Assembly: GCA_958295725.1 (NCBI GenBank)
Contig: OY282368.1
Coordinates: 2,882,365 to 2,946,364 of the forward strand
Origin: an uncultured Alphaproteobacteria bacterium
Lineage (GTDB): Bacteria > Pseudomonadota > Alphaproteobacteria > UBA2966
Direction of reading: 5' to 3'
Length of the DNA: 64,000 nt
This document shows positions 11,937 through 21,657 of the stretch, one piece after another. Made by a program: the position numbers and the translations under genes. Position 1 is the stretch's first letter. Every line of letters starts with the position of its first letter. The notes under the pieces were generated by a model that worked only from the letters and a program-made list of their open reading frames with translations, searched no databases and had not been told where the DNA came from.

Positions 11937-12184
11937 AGATTCTCTATTTCGCCTGGATCCGCTCGAGAATCGGTCTCTCCGAGGAGACTGTCGATCTTCC
12001 CGACGGCGTTTCCAAGGCCGGCGAGCTGCTCGACTGGTTGCGGGGACGCGGTCCGGAGTACGCGGACGCGTTGCGGGACGCCTCCGTGGTGCGCATCGCC
12101 GTGAACGAGGAGTACGCGTCGCTCGACGCGCCGGTGGCGGCGGGCGACGAAGTAGCCCTGTTTCCGCCGGTAACCGGCGGGTGA
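11933..12184 (+). CDS. moaD: Molybdopterin synthase sulfur-carrier subunit MoaD
   Basis: The TTG start overlaps the moeA stop (TTGA). The product is 83 aa, LKILYFAWIRSRIG...FPPVTGG, ending in Gly-Gly. Confidence 0.8.
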   Translation: MKILYFAWIRSRIGLSEETVDLPDGVSKAGELLDWLRGRGPEYADALRDASVVRIAVNEEYASLDAPVAAGDEVALFPPVTGG

Positions 12185-12672
12185 CGTCGGGGTCGGACAG
12201 GATGATCCGGATTCAGAAGGAGGACTTCGACGTCGCCGCCGAGATCGCTTCGGTCGTCGGGACCGACCGAAGCGTCGGCGCCGTGACGGTCTTCATCGGG
12301 CTCGTCCGCGATATCAACGGCGGCGAGTCGATCGCGGACATGACGCTCGAGCACTACCCGGGCATGACGGAGAAGATGCTGGCGCGAATCGAGGCCGAGG
12401 CGATGTCACGGTGGCCCCTTTCAGCGAGTCTGATCATCCACCGGTACGGCCATCTTCAGCCGGGAGACAGGATCGTCCTGGTCATCTCCGCTTCCGCTCA
12501 TCGCCAAGCGGCCTTCGAAGCGAGCGAGTTTCTCGTCGACTGGCTCAAGGCCAAAGCGCCGTTCTGGAAGCGGGAAACGACGCCCGAGGGGGCCAGATGG
12601 GTCGCGGCCCGCGACAACGACGCCGCCGCGGCGGACCGCTGGACTGGCGAGCCCCGGCCGATAGTGGTATGA
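12181..12672 (+). CDS. moaE: Molybdopterin synthase catalytic subunit MoaE
   Basis: MoaE-like sequence (HYPGMTE...APFWKRE). The GTGA start overlaps the moaD stop. Confidence 0.8.
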   Translation: MTSGSDRMIRIQKEDFDVAAEIASVVGTDRSVGAVTVFIGLVRDINGGESIADMTLEHYPGMTEKMLARIEAEAMSRWPLSASLIIHRYGHLQPGDRIVLVISASAHRQAAFEASEFLVDWLKAKAPFWKRETTPEGARWVAARDNDAAAADRWTGEPRPIVV

Positions 12673-12762
12673 TCGAGTCGAATTCGGAGTTATCCTGCGC
12701 GAATTCCCGATTCCGTTTTCCGCGGGTATGTTTTCCCGTCGGATATTGAGGAGGCCTTCAGC

Positions 12763-13620
12763 ATGTTCATACAGACCGAGGAAACCGAGGACACATCAGA
12801 ACTGCGCTTCATCCCGGGAGTCCCGGTTCTCAAATCGGGAACCGTGTCGTTCGAGCGCGGCGACGACATGGGACGCAGCCCTCTCGTCGAACGGCTGTTC
12901 GAGACCGGCGAGCTGCGCCGGGCGGATCTCCGCACGGATTCGATCACGTTGTCCAAACACGACGGCAAGGACTGGACACTGCTCAAACCGGCGATCCTGG
13001 GCGTCATCATGGACCACTTCATGTCCGAGCGTCCGATCCTTCTCGATGAAGCGTCGGATTCAGGATCCTCGCCGTCCGCCGCTACCGACGGCGATGGCGA
13101 AGTGGTCGGACAGATCGAGGAACTGCTGGAGACGAGGATCCGGCCCGTCGCCCGGGATCAAGGCGGTGACATCGTCTTTCACGGGTTCGAGGAGGGCCGC
13201 GTCATTCTCGAGTTCCACGGCGGCGCCCACGCGCTGCAAGGCGGAATCCAGACGATGTTGCGACACTACATCCCCGAGGTGGAAGAAGTCGTCAATCATC
13301 TGGACACGATTCCCAAGCCCGGGTTGGACACGGACGAAGGTCGGGCTATCAAGCGGCTGCTCGATGAAGAGATCAATCCGCAGATCGCCGTGCACGGCGG
13401 ACGCATCTCACTGGTCGACGTGGCCGACGACACGGCGTACGTCAAGCTCGAAGGCGGCTGTCAGGGTTGCGGGATGGCGTCGCTCACCCTCAAGCAGGGA
13501 GTCGAAGGGGCGATCATGCAAGCCGCCCCGTCCATCACCCAGGTTCTCGACACGACAGACCATGCCGACGGCGCGAACCCGTACTATCAGCCCGGCAAGG
13601 ACGGGATGAGCCCGATCTAA
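12763..13620 (+). CDS. NifU/Nfu-family Fe-S scaffold protein with an Nfu N-terminal domain and two NifU-like C-terminal domains (the first lacks the CxxC motif)
   Basis: The C-terminal domain has the CQGC motif (LEGGCQGCGMASLTLKQGVE). An internal degenerate copy is GGDIVFHGFEEGRVILEFHGGAHA. Confidence 0.7.
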   Translation: MFIQTEETEDTSELRFIPGVPVLKSGTVSFERGDDMGRSPLVERLFETGELRRADLRTDSITLSKHDGKDWTLLKPAILGVIMDHFMSERPILLDEASDSGSSPSAATDGDGEVVGQIEELLETRIRPVARDQGGDIVFHGFEEGRVILEFHGGAHALQGGIQTMLRHYIPEVEEVVNHLDTIPKPGLDTDEGRAIKRLLDEEINPQIAVHGGRISLVDVADDTAYVKLEGGCQGCGMASLTLKQGVEGAIMQAAPSITQVLDTTDHADGANPYYQPGKDGMSPI

Positions 13621-13661
13621 TATCTTTCGGGCCGGCCGCGACGGCGCGCGGTAATGCGCGG

Positions 13662-14005
13662 ATGAGGGTGCTCCTGGTCTCTGCCTACGATCTGGGCCAC
13701 CAGCCGTTCGGTTTGGCGTCGCCCGCCGCCTGGCTCAAACAGGCGGTGCGGACGTGAGGTATCTCGATCTCGCGGTCGAGGATTTCAGCGAAGACGCTCT
13801 CAATCGACGTCCGGATGGCGGCGGTTCACGTGCCCACGCACACTCGATGGGCCGTTCCTCCCGGAAACGATCCGCGTGCCCCCGTCGCCTCTCGTCGCCG
13901 GCAGGCAGGCGAGGGTCGTCGAGACGACCCGGGACGCCGTAATGGCGTTCGTCCTCTCGGAAGACCGGATCGACGGCGGATCCGCTGCATGAAACGGGGC
14001 GGCAG
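13662..14005 (+). pseudogene. Frameshifted, truncated remnant of a B12-binding-domain radical SAM-like gene (N-terminal ~100 codons only)
   Basis: MRVLLVSAYDLGHQPFGLASPAAWLKQA is followed, after a +1 shift, by GADVRYLDLAVEDFSEDAL, and after another shift by AVHVPTHTRWAVP. It is read in three frames and ends at ilvE on the opposite strand. Confidence 0.35.
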
Positions 14006-14890
14006 TTACGCGGCAGCCTTGCGCCGAACGATCGCGTCGTAATCTTCCATCAGTTGCCTGGTGATTTCGCCGACCGTGTATTCGTGGCCGTCGATCTCGC
14101 CCACGGGCGTGACCTCGGCGGCCGTTCCCGTCACGAAGACTTCGCTCGCCTCGTCGAGCTCGTCGGGCATGACGGCGCGCTCGACCACCTCGACCCCGCG
14201 CAGGCGCGCGAGATCCATGACCGTCTGGCGCGTGATGCCGGGCAGGAAGCAGTCGGCGGTCGGCGTGTGCAAGGCGCCATCGAAATTGAGGAAGATGTTG
14301 GATCCGGTGGACTCGGACACCTGTCCCCGCCAGTCCAGCATCAACGCGTCATCGTATCCCTCGACTTCCGCCTCGTGCTTCGCCAGCGTGCAGATCATGT
14401 AGAGGCCGGCCGCCTTGGCCTGGACCGGCGCGCATTCGGGAGGAGGACGTCGCCACCTCGCGGTCCGCAACCGGATGCCCTTCATGCGTGCCTCGGGCGA
14501 GAAATAGGCCGGCCACGGCCAGGCCGCGATGGCCACGTGAATCCGGGTGTTCTGCGCCGACACGCCCATCATCTCGGCGCCGCGCCAAGCCACGGGACGA
14601 ACGTATCCGTCCTGGATACGGTTGGCGGCCAGCACGTCGCGGCACGCCCGATCAATCTCTTCCAGGGTGTAGGGAATCCGGAAGCCCATCTCCACGGCGG
14701 AATAGAACAGCCGCTCCGTATGCTCGTGGAGCTTGAAGATTTCTCCTTCGTAGGAACGCTCCCCTTCGAATACCGCGGACGCGTAGTGCAACCCGTGGTT
14801 CAACACGTGCAGCGTGACGTTCCGCCAAGGCTTCATCTCGCCGTCGTACCAGATGAAACCGTCGCGATCGTCGAACGAAGGCGTAGACAT
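14006..14890 (-). CDS. ilvE: Branched-chain amino acid aminotransferase
   Basis: Class IV aminotransferase sequence. The true start MSTPSFDDRDGFIWYDGEM is at 14890; the 547-aa track ORF is an artefactual upstream extension. Confidence 0.9.
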   Translation of the reverse strand: MSTPSFDDRDGFIWYDGEMKPWRNVTLHVLNHGLHYASAVFEGERSYEGEIFKLHEHTERLFYSAVEMGFRIPYTLEEIDRACRDVLAANRIQDGYVRPVAWRGAEMMGVSAQNTRIHVAIAAWPWPAYFSPEARMKGIRLRTARWRRPPPECAPVQAKAAGLYMICTLAKHEAEVEGYDDALMLDWRGQVSESTGSNIFLNFDGALHTPTADCFLPGITRQTVMDLARLRGVEVVERAVMPDELDEASEVFVTGTAAEVTPVGEIDGHEYTVGEITRQLMEDYDAIVRRKAAA

Positions 14891-14989
14891 ACGATAGTCC
14901 CCGTTATGGTCCCGTTGCAGGGGAATGACCGGGTTCGGAAACGTCCCAACGAATCGCGATTCCGCGACGCTCGAACGATACATTAACTG

Positions 14990-15520
14990 TTGCGCTGGGT
15001 AGCACCAGGGGCAATATATGTCAACGTGACTGACGTAAAGACCGGCCCCAACCCTCTTTTCCTGCGTGACGAGGAGCTCGTCCAGGGGATCGAGCTCCTG
15101 TTCTACGCCTATCGCGATTTCACCGAAGACCCGGACGCGGTTCTCGAAGAGTACGGTTTCGGGCGGGCTCACCACAGGGTGGTTCACTTCGTGGCGCGCA
15201 ATCCGGGGATGTCCGTCGCCGAACTCCTCGAGATCCTGCGCATCACCAAGCAGTCGCTGTCGCGCGTCCTCGGCCAACTGGTCGAGCGCGGGTTCGTCGT
15301 GCAACGGAAGGGGACGCGCGACCGGCGGCAGAGGCTGCTCTATCTCACGGAAACGGGACGGGATCTGGCGGAGCGTCTCACGGAACCCCAGAAACGCCGA
15401 GTGGCGCGCGCTTACCGCGGAGCCGGCGCCGACGCCGTCGAGGGCTACCGGAAGGTCCTGACCGGCCTGATCGACGACGGCCGTCACGAGACTGCGTCCG
15501 GCCCGGTCCGACGCCGCTGA
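14990..15520 (+). CDS. MarR-family transcriptional regulator
   Basis: Winged helix-turn-helix (SVAELLEILRITKQSLSRVLGQLVERGFV); start uncertain. Confidence 0.7.
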   Translation: MRWVAPGAIYVNVTDVKTGPNPLFLRDEELVQGIELLFYAYRDFTEDPDAVLEEYGFGRAHHRVVHFVARNPGMSVAELLEILRITKQSLSRVLGQLVERGFVVQRKGTRDRRQRLLYLTETGRDLAERLTEPQKRRVARAYRGAGADAVEGYRKVLTGLIDDGRHETASGPVRRR

Positions 15521-15538
15521 AGCGCGACGGCAGGTCCG

Positions 15539-16219
15539 GTGCGTGAGTTTCCGCCCCACATCCTGGTCGTCGACGACGATACCAGACTGCGCGAGCTGCT
15601 CCGGGATTATCTCGGTGCTAACGGGTTCAACGTCACCACGGCGGAGCATGCCGCCGGGGCCAGGCGAAAGCTCGCCGGCCTCGACTTCGACCTGATCGTC
15701 CTAGACGTGATGATGCCCGGGGAATCCGGGTTCGATCTCACCGGACACCTGCGGTCGACCTCCCGGGTCCCCATTCTCCTGTTGACGGCTCGCGGCGATG
15801 CCGACGACCGGATCACCGGTCTGGAACGGGGCGCCGACGACTATCTGCAAAAGCCGTTCGAGCCTCGCGAACTCATCCTGCGTATCCAGAGCATCCTGCG
15901 TCGTAGCGGGCCTAGCCGCGTGGAATCCGAACCGCTCTCCATCGACGGCCACACCTTCGACGGCGAGCACGGAGAACTGCGCTCCGACGACCACGTCACC
16001 CGCCTGACGGCGAGCGAGGCGATGCTGCTGTCGGTCTTCGCGGCGAACGCCGGAACGGTCCTGTCGAGATCCGAACTGGCGCGCCGGGCAGGCGTGAACA
16101 GCGAGCGCGCCGTCGACGTGCAAATCACCCGACTGCGCCGTAAGATCGAGCGCGACCCCCGGAACCCACGGCACCTGCGGACCGTGTGGGGGAAAGGCTA
16201 CGTTCTTTGGCCCGACTGA
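15539..16219 (+). CDS. OmpR-family response regulator
   Basis: Receiver domain (ILVVDDD...LIVLDVMMPG) and a winged-helix output domain, with strong similarity to OmpR itself. Confidence 0.9.
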   Translation: MREFPPHILVVDDDTRLRELLRDYLGANGFNVTTAEHAAGARRKLAGLDFDLIVLDVMMPGESGFDLTGHLRSTSRVPILLLTARGDADDRITGLERGADDYLQKPFEPRELILRIQSILRRSGPSRVESEPLSIDGHTFDGEHGELRSDDHVTRLTASEAMLLSVFAANAGTVLSRSELARRAGVNSERAVDVQITRLRRKIERDPRNPRHLRTVWGKGYVLWPD

Positions 16220-16220
16220 C

Positions 16221-17624
16221 ATGATGCGAGCGAGCGCGATCGCGCGGAGAGCGCGCCGGCTCACGACGCGGTTGATCAAGCGATACCTGCCCGGGTCCCT
16301 CTTCGGCCGCGCCCTGCTGATCATCGTGACGCCTGTCGTGGCGCTACAACTCATCGCCACTCTCGTCTTCTACGAGCGACATTGGGACACCGTCACGCGG
16401 CGCCTGGCGCTCGGGCTCGCCGGCGACACGGCTCTCGTCGTCGAGATGACGCACGACGCGACGACGCCCGAGGAGTTGGAGCCGGTATTCGAATCCGCGG
16501 CGCATCATCTATCGCTACGGTTGACGTACCTACCCGGCGAGATTCTTCTCAACCGGCCGCCAAGGATCAGCGTCGCCAATCGCATCGTGGACCGGATGCT
16601 GCACAAGGCGTTCACCGCGTACCTCCCCCGTCCGTTCCGCATCGATACGACCGGTTTCGGAGATGACATCGAAATCCGGGTACAGTTGTCGGACGGCGTG
16701 CTCAGGGTTCTCACGACGCGCAAGCGCGTCACCAGCTCGACCACCTATATCTTCGTCATGTGGATGGTCGGCACGTCCCTGATCCTGTTGGCCGTCGCCA
16801 TCCTGTTCCTGCACAATCAAATCCGGCCGGTCCGCCGTCTGGCCAAGGCGGCGGAGGAATTCGGCAAGGGCCGGGACGTCCGCGACTTCCATCCATCGGG
16901 CGCCACGGAGGTGCGTCAGGCAGCCGCGGCCTTCATCAACATGCGCGACCGCATCCGGCGCCATATCGCGCAGAGGACCGAGATGTTGGCGGCCGTCAGC
17001 CACGACCTAAGAACGCCGCTGACGCGCATGAAACTCCAGCTCGCCATGCTGAACGAAAGCGACGGCGTCGAACACCTGAAGGCGGATGTGTCGGAGATGG
17101 AACGCATGGTCGAGGGCTATCTGGCCTTCATGCGCGGACAGGACGCGGAAGCCGTCGTGGATACCGACATCGCGGACCTGCTCAGAACCGTGGCCGCCGA
17201 CGCGGGCCGCCAGGGTGTCGAGGTTGCGGTTTCGATGCCGGAGGAGGCGCTCCGCGGCGGCGACGGTGGCAGGCCCGCGGACGGCCGTATCGTTCCGCTG
17301 CGTCCCAATGCCATCCGACGCTGCATGACCAATCTCGTGGACAATGCGGCCCGCCACGGGCGACACGTGGAGATCTCCATGGACGCGAGAGAAGGCCGGG
17401 TCGAGATCTCCGTCGACGACGACGGCCCCGGCATCCCGGAGGACCGGCGCGAAGAGGTCTTTCGTCCCTTCCACAGGCTTCGGGACTCTCGCGACCCGAA
17501 GACCGACGGCATGGGACTCGGTCTGGCCATCGCCCGCGACGTCGCCCATAACCACGGCGGCGACATCGAGTTGTCGACATCCCCGATGGGAGGGCTGCGA
17601 GCGTCCGTCCAGCTTCCCGTGTAG
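16221..17624 (+). CDS. EnvZ-like sensor histidine kinase
   Basis: Two TM segments, an H-box (LAAVSHDLRTPLTRM), and HATPase_c G-boxes (DDDGPGIP, GMGLGLAIARDV). It lies immediately downstream of the response regulator. Confidence 0.9.
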   Translation: MMRASAIARRARRLTTRLIKRYLPGSLFGRALLIIVTPVVALQLIATLVFYERHWDTVTRRLALGLAGDTALVVEMTHDATTPEELEPVFESAAHHLSLRLTYLPGEILLNRPPRISVANRIVDRMLHKAFTAYLPRPFRIDTTGFGDDIEIRVQLSDGVLRVLTTRKRVTSSTTYIFVMWMVGTSLILLAVAILFLHNQIRPVRRLAKAAEEFGKGRDVRDFHPSGATEVRQAAAAFINMRDRIRRHIAQRTEMLAAVSHDLRTPLTRMKLQLAMLNESDGVEHLKADVSEMERMVEGYLAFMRGQDAEAVVDTDIADLLRTVAADAGRQGVEVAVSMPEEALRGGDGGRPADGRIVPLRPNAIRRCMTNLVDNAARHGRHVEISMDAREGRVEISVDDDGPGIPEDRREEVFRPFHRLRDSRDPKTDGMGLGLAIARDVAHNHGGDIELSTSPMGGLRASVQLPV

Positions 17625-17700
17625 AGAGGCTCCTGTCCGGCTGGAACGGCTCCGGCGTTCCGTGCCGCCCGCGTCGCGGCCCCGATGGAACGGCTCCCGT

Positions 17701-18039
17701 TCAGTAGAGTCGGCCGCCGTCGGGTACGGTCTTGTCCGGCGCGACGAGGACCACCTCGCCATTGTCGTCGGGAAAGCCGAGAACGAGGACCTCGGACATG
17801 AACGGTCCGATCTGTCGCGGCGGGAAGTTGACGACCGCCGCGACCTGGCGGCCCCTGAGCGCTTCTTTATCGTAGTTCGCCGTCAATTGGGCGGACGACC
17901 TCCGTTCGCCGATATCCGGTCCGAAATCGATACGCAGCCTGTATGCCGGTTTTCGGGCCGCGGGAAAGTCGTCGACCGCGACGACGGTGCCCACCCGTAC
18001 GTCGACGCGCAGAAAATCGTCGAAGGATATCTCGTTCAT
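17701..18039 (-). CDS. csaA: tRNA-binding protein of the CsaA/EMAP-domain family
   Basis: The 112-aa product matches the CsaA/YgjH family (VDVRVGTVVAV...LVLG). Confidence 0.7.
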   Translation of the reverse strand: MNEISFDDFLRVDVRVGTVVAVDDFPAARKPAYRLRIDFGPDIGERRSSAQLTANYDKEALRGRQVAAVVNFPPRQIGPFMSEVLVLGFPDDNGEVVLVAPDKTVPDGGRLY

Positions 18040-18044
18040 CCGGC

Positions 18045-18680
18045 TTACGAAGATGCCTCGGCGGCGGACCCGTTCGCTCTTCCCGGACTCGCGACCCCGC
18101 CGAATCTGGCCGCGATGCCGTCCACTCTCCTCAACTGGCGGTCGACGAACGTCATCGTCCTGGCCATGTCATCGCTGTCGTCCGAGCGCCAGACTCGAAC
18201 GGCCCCCAACATGATCAGACCGAGGCCCTCGATACGGAGCATCCCGGAAAGGCCGCCGTGATCGATCCGGGCCGTCTCCAGCATCCAGGCCAGGGAGCGC
18301 GCATGGATCGGCCACAGGCAGGCGCAGGCGAGCGGCCGGCGCCGCATGTCCTCGAAGATGGCGACGATGCCGTCCTTGTGGGGATTGAGCAGGTCGAACC
18401 GTCTCATGATCACGTCGAAGAGGCGGTCGCGCGCCGATTCGTCGGCCAACGCGGGGTCGTCTCCGGCGATCATCCGATCGTCGATCCCGCGCAGGAACGC
18501 CGCCACGACATGAAGTTTCGACGGGGCGACCTCATAGACCTCCCGCATGGACAGGCCCGCCGCCTCGGCTATGTCGGACATGCGGGTATCCCGCCAACCC
18601 TGCCGCCCGGCGAGCTCCAGCGCCGCCCGGACGACCCGGTCGAGCGGGTCGGCAAGCTTTGCGCGCACCCGTTTGGCCAT
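18045..18680 (-). CDS. TetR-family transcriptional regulator
   Basis: N-terminal HTH (TRMSDIAEAAGLSMREVYEVAPSK). The start was trimmed to MAKRVRAK (ATG at 18680). Confidence 0.8.
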   Translation of the reverse strand: MAKRVRAKLADPLDRVVRAALELAGRQGWRDTRMSDIAEAAGLSMREVYEVAPSKLHVVAAFLRGIDDRMIAGDDPALADESARDRLFDVIMRRFDLLNPHKDGIVAIFEDMRRRPLACACLWPIHARSLAWMLETARIDHGGLSGMLRIEGLGLIMLGAVRVWRSDDSDDMARTMTFVDRQLRRVDGIAARFGGVASPGRANGSAAEASS

Positions 18681-18772
18681 GTCTTGCCCCTCTTCAGGCC
18701 AGCGTCGGACCGATGATGGCACAATATCCGCCGTGTCGCGACGCCCCCGTCCCGCGCGAGCATCGCGAGAAG

Positions 18773-19585
18773 TCAGCCGGCGAGTTCCCGAGAGCGGCGT
18801 GTCGCCGCCGCCACCGCCCGGGTCAGCAACCGGCCCATTCCGTCGTCCGCCATCAACACATCGAGAGCCGCCGCGGTCGTTCCGCCGGGACTGGTGACGT
18901 TCCATCGCAGTTCGGAGGGCGCCTCTTCCGAACCGCGCACGAGCTCGCCCGCGCCCGACACCGTCGCCCGGGCGAGGCGCATGGCGAGGTCGGGGGGCAG
19001 TCCGGCTTTCACGCCCGCCTCGGCCAGACACTCGACAAGGAGGAATACGTAGGCGGGGCCACTCCCCGACGTCGCCGTCACCGCGTCGAGCAGGCCTTCG
19101 TCTTCCACCCACGCGACCTCTCCCACCGCTGCCAGCAGCTCGTCGCAGGCCGACCGGCCATCGCCGCCGACACGCCTGTTGGCGCAGGCGACGCTGATGC
19201 CGCGGCCGATGGCGGCCGGCGTGTTCGGCATGGTACGGACGATCGGGGCATCCTTGCCCAGACGACTCTCGAAATAGGCGATGGACCTCCCCGCGGCGAT
19301 CGACAGGAACACCGTGCCGGGACCGACGAATTTCGCGTAAGCGGGCACCACGCCGTCGGTGATCTGCGGTTTGACGGCGAAGACGACGACCCCCGGCGCG
19401 ACATCGCGCGGCAATGCGTCCACCGCACCGCTACAGGAAACACCGAGTTCGCGCGCCAGGGAGCGAGATTCCTCCACCGGGTCGACGACATGAACGTCGC
19501 CCGCGCCGACCCCGCGTCGCAACCATCCGCGCAACAGGGCACCGCCCATCTTTCCACAACCGACAAGAAGGATGGTCTCGTTCAT
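18773..19585 (-). CDS. proC: Pyrroline-5-carboxylate reductase
   Basis: NAD(P)-binding motif LVGCGKMGGALL with a ProC C-terminal dimerisation domain. Confidence 0.9.
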   Translation of the reverse strand: MNETILLVGCGKMGGALLRGWLRRGVGAGDVHVVDPVEESRSLARELGVSCSGAVDALPRDVAPGVVVFAVKPQITDGVVPAYAKFVGPGTVFLSIAAGRSIAYFESRLGKDAPIVRTMPNTPAAIGRGISVACANRRVGGDGRSACDELLAAVGEVAWVEDEGLLDAVTATSGSGPAYVFLLVECLAEAGVKAGLPPDLAMRLARATVSGAGELVRGSEEAPSELRWNVTSPGGTTAAALDVLMADDGMGRLLTRAVAAATRRSRELAG

Positions 19586-19607
19586 GGGCGAAAACCGACA
19601 GGCCGGC

Positions 19608-20111
19608 TCAGGCCTCGCCGACCGTCTCCAGCATGGCCGAGGCCAAGGCGTCGTCCGCCGTCTTGCCGCCCCACAGCATGAGCATGAAGGCGGGGAAATA
19701 GCGTTCGCTCTCGTTCAACGCCACCTCGATGAGGTCCTCGACCTGCCGGGGCGTGGCACCGGCGCCAGCCCCGAGCAGAAGCGCGTACCGGAACATCACA
19801 AATCCGCCTTCGGCCGAATAATCGAAATGCCCGAGCCACAGGCGTTCATTGACCAGAGTGAGCAGCGCACAGGCGTCCGGCAAGCGGTGATCGGGAACCC
19901 GCAGGTCGAAAGCACAGGAAAACTGCATCGCGCCCCGATCTTCCAGCCACGTAAACCACATGTGGTAGCGGTTCCAGTGGCCCTCGACGTATGTCGCGAG
20001 CTCGTCGTCTCCCGAACGATCGGCAGGCCATTCGTTGGTCGCCACGAACCGCTCGACGATATCGAGCGGGTTTGCCAGCGCGGGTCCGACCGGGTCAACC
20101 AGACCGGTCAC
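19608..20111 (-). CDS. YbjN-domain protein
   Basis: A 167-aa YbjN-like sequence; a YbjN-family gene is commonly found adjacent to proC. Confidence 0.6.
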   Translation of the reverse strand: MTGLVDPVGPALANPLDIVERFVATNEWPADRSGDDELATYVEGHWNRYHMWFTWLEDRGAMQFSCAFDLRVPDHRLPDACALLTLVNERLWLGHFDYSAEGGFVMFRYALLLGAGAGATPRQVEDLIEVALNESERYFPAFMLMLWGGKTADDALASAMLETVGEA

Positions 20112-20334
20112 GATTGGATCTCCGCGATGGACAAGCGGGGGGAAAGCGACGGTTCGGTCGATACCTCATCGCCAGTGTTTCAATATCTTGTGGGCAATGC
20201 CAACCCCATTACAGAATGTAGATTGCCAAATCGCGGAGTCGGGCGCAAGCGCCGAATCGGGCCGGTTGTCGGAAATCCATGGGAAACACGCCGCCGGCGC
20301 GTCTTATCGGCCGATGTCCGGAACCGGAAACCGT

Positions 20335-20676
20335 TCAGGGCGACATCCCGCCGGTATCTCGCGTCGCGCGCTTCCCGCTCGCGGCCGCGCCGCCCTTGGC
20401 CTTGCGTCCGCCCGCGGCCCGGCGCCTTGCCGGCGCGTTCGATTTCTCGAGCGCCTCGATCCGTTTCGCGAGAGCATCGTTCTCGCGCCGCGCCGCCGCG
20501 GCCATCGCCTTGACGGCGTCGAACTCCTCGCGGGTCACCAGATCCATGCCATTCAATATGCGCTCAAACTGATCCCGTAGACGCACCTCGACCTCGCCCT
20601 TCACGCCTTGCAGCGTCCCAATGGCGCTCGCGGCCACGCGGGCCAGATCGTCGAGGAGTTTGTTGTCGGTCTGCAT
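20335..20676 (-). CDS. ubiK: Ubiquinone biosynthesis accessory factor UbiK (YqiC/BMFP family)
   Basis: Start trimmed to MQTDNKLLDDLARVA. The product is coiled-coil with a basic C-terminus, as in UbiK. Confidence 0.65.
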   Translation of the reverse strand: MQTDNKLLDDLARVAASAIGTLQGVKGEVEVRLRDQFERILNGMDLVTREEFDAVKAMAAAARRENDALAKRIEALEKSNAPARRRAAGGRKAKGGAAASGKRATRDTGGMSP

Positions 20677-20808
20677 TTCGAGCGTTTCCGGCAATTCCGT
20701 GACTATGACGCAGACGGGCGATGGCGGCAAGCCTCGGTGCTCTTGCGGCCCGCGCGGCCGCTTCCTATAAGGGCCCAGACTCGAACGGATGGCGACGCTG
20801 CGAGACCC

Positions 20809-21657
20809 GTGCCGACGCCAGCCGGTGTCGAACGACCTGAATCTCCGGAGTCACGAACACTGCTTCCGGGCGTCCTCTCGTATCCCGCCATCGATCCGGT
20901 TCTCGTACAGGTCGGACCATTCGCGATACGTTGGTACGCGCTGGCATATGTCGCCGGCCTGCTGCTGGGTTGGCGCTATATCGTCGCCCTAACCCGCCTG
21001 CCCGACCCGCCGCTCGAGAAACGGGACGTCGACGACTTCATCGTCTGGGCGACATTCGGCGTAGTTCTGGGCGGACGGCTCGGTTACGTCCTGATCTACC
21101 GCCCCGATCACTATCTGGCGAACCCCCTCGACATACTGTTCATATGGGAGGGCGGCATGTCGTTTCACGGCGGCTTGGTCGGCGTGATCTTGGCGGTGTG
21201 GTGGTTTTCCCGACGCCGCGCGCTCGATATCCTGGGTGTTGGCGACTACGTCGCCTGCGCGGCGCCGGTCGGGTTGTTCTTCGGCCGGATCGCGAACTTC
21301 ATCAACGCGGAACTGATCGGACGGCCCAGCGACGTGGCCTGGGCGATGGTGTTTCCCGGCGGCGGCGCGGTTCCGAGGCATCCCAGTCAGCTTTACGAAG
21401 CCCTGCTCGAGGGCCTCCTTCTGTTCGTCGTCTTGGCTGTACTGGTCCGCAAGGACTCGATCCGGCTCAAGCGCGGCACCCTGTTCGGTATCTTCCTCGT
21501 GGGATACAGCGTCGTGCGCGCCATCGCCGAGCTCTATCGCGAACCCGACGCGCATATCGGATTCCTGGTACCGGGCGTGACGATGGGCCAATTGCTGTCC
21601 CTGCCCGTATTCTTCCTCGGCATCTGTCTGCTCGCCCGTGCCGCGAAATCGGACTGA
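20809..21657 (+). CDS. lgt: Prolipoprotein diacylglyceryl transferase
   Basis: Lgt signature (FAIRWYALAYVAGLLLGW...GGRLGYV...FGRIANFINAELIGRP). The start is GTG 20809, the first start codon after the in-frame TAA at 20767. Confidence 0.85.
   Translation: MPTPAGVERPESPESRTLLPGVLSYPAIDPVLVQVGPFAIRWYALAYVAGLLLGWRYIVALTRLPDPPLEKRDVDDFIVWATFGVVLGGRLGYVLIYRPDHYLANPLDILFIWEGGMSFHGGLVGVILAVWWFSRRRALDILGVGDYVACAAPVGLFFGRIANFINAELIGRPSDVAWAMVFPGGGAVPRHPSQLYEALLEGLLLFVVLAVLVRKDSIRLKRGTLFGIFLVGYSVVRAIAELYREPDAHIGFLVPGVTMGQLLSLPVFFLGICLLARAAKSD

Noticed and set aside
14891-15649. N-terminal 250 aa of the 547-aa minus-strand ORF that the track fused to ilvE
   Set aside because: The upstream part has no aminotransferase similarity and lies antisense to the MarR gene. 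The real ilvE start is the internal MSTPSFDD at 14890.
18681-19112. Upstream extension of the TetR ORF in the 355-aa track call
   Set aside because: It overlaps proC in another frame with Arg/Gly-rich composition. The TetR HTH begins right after MAKRVRAK at 18680.
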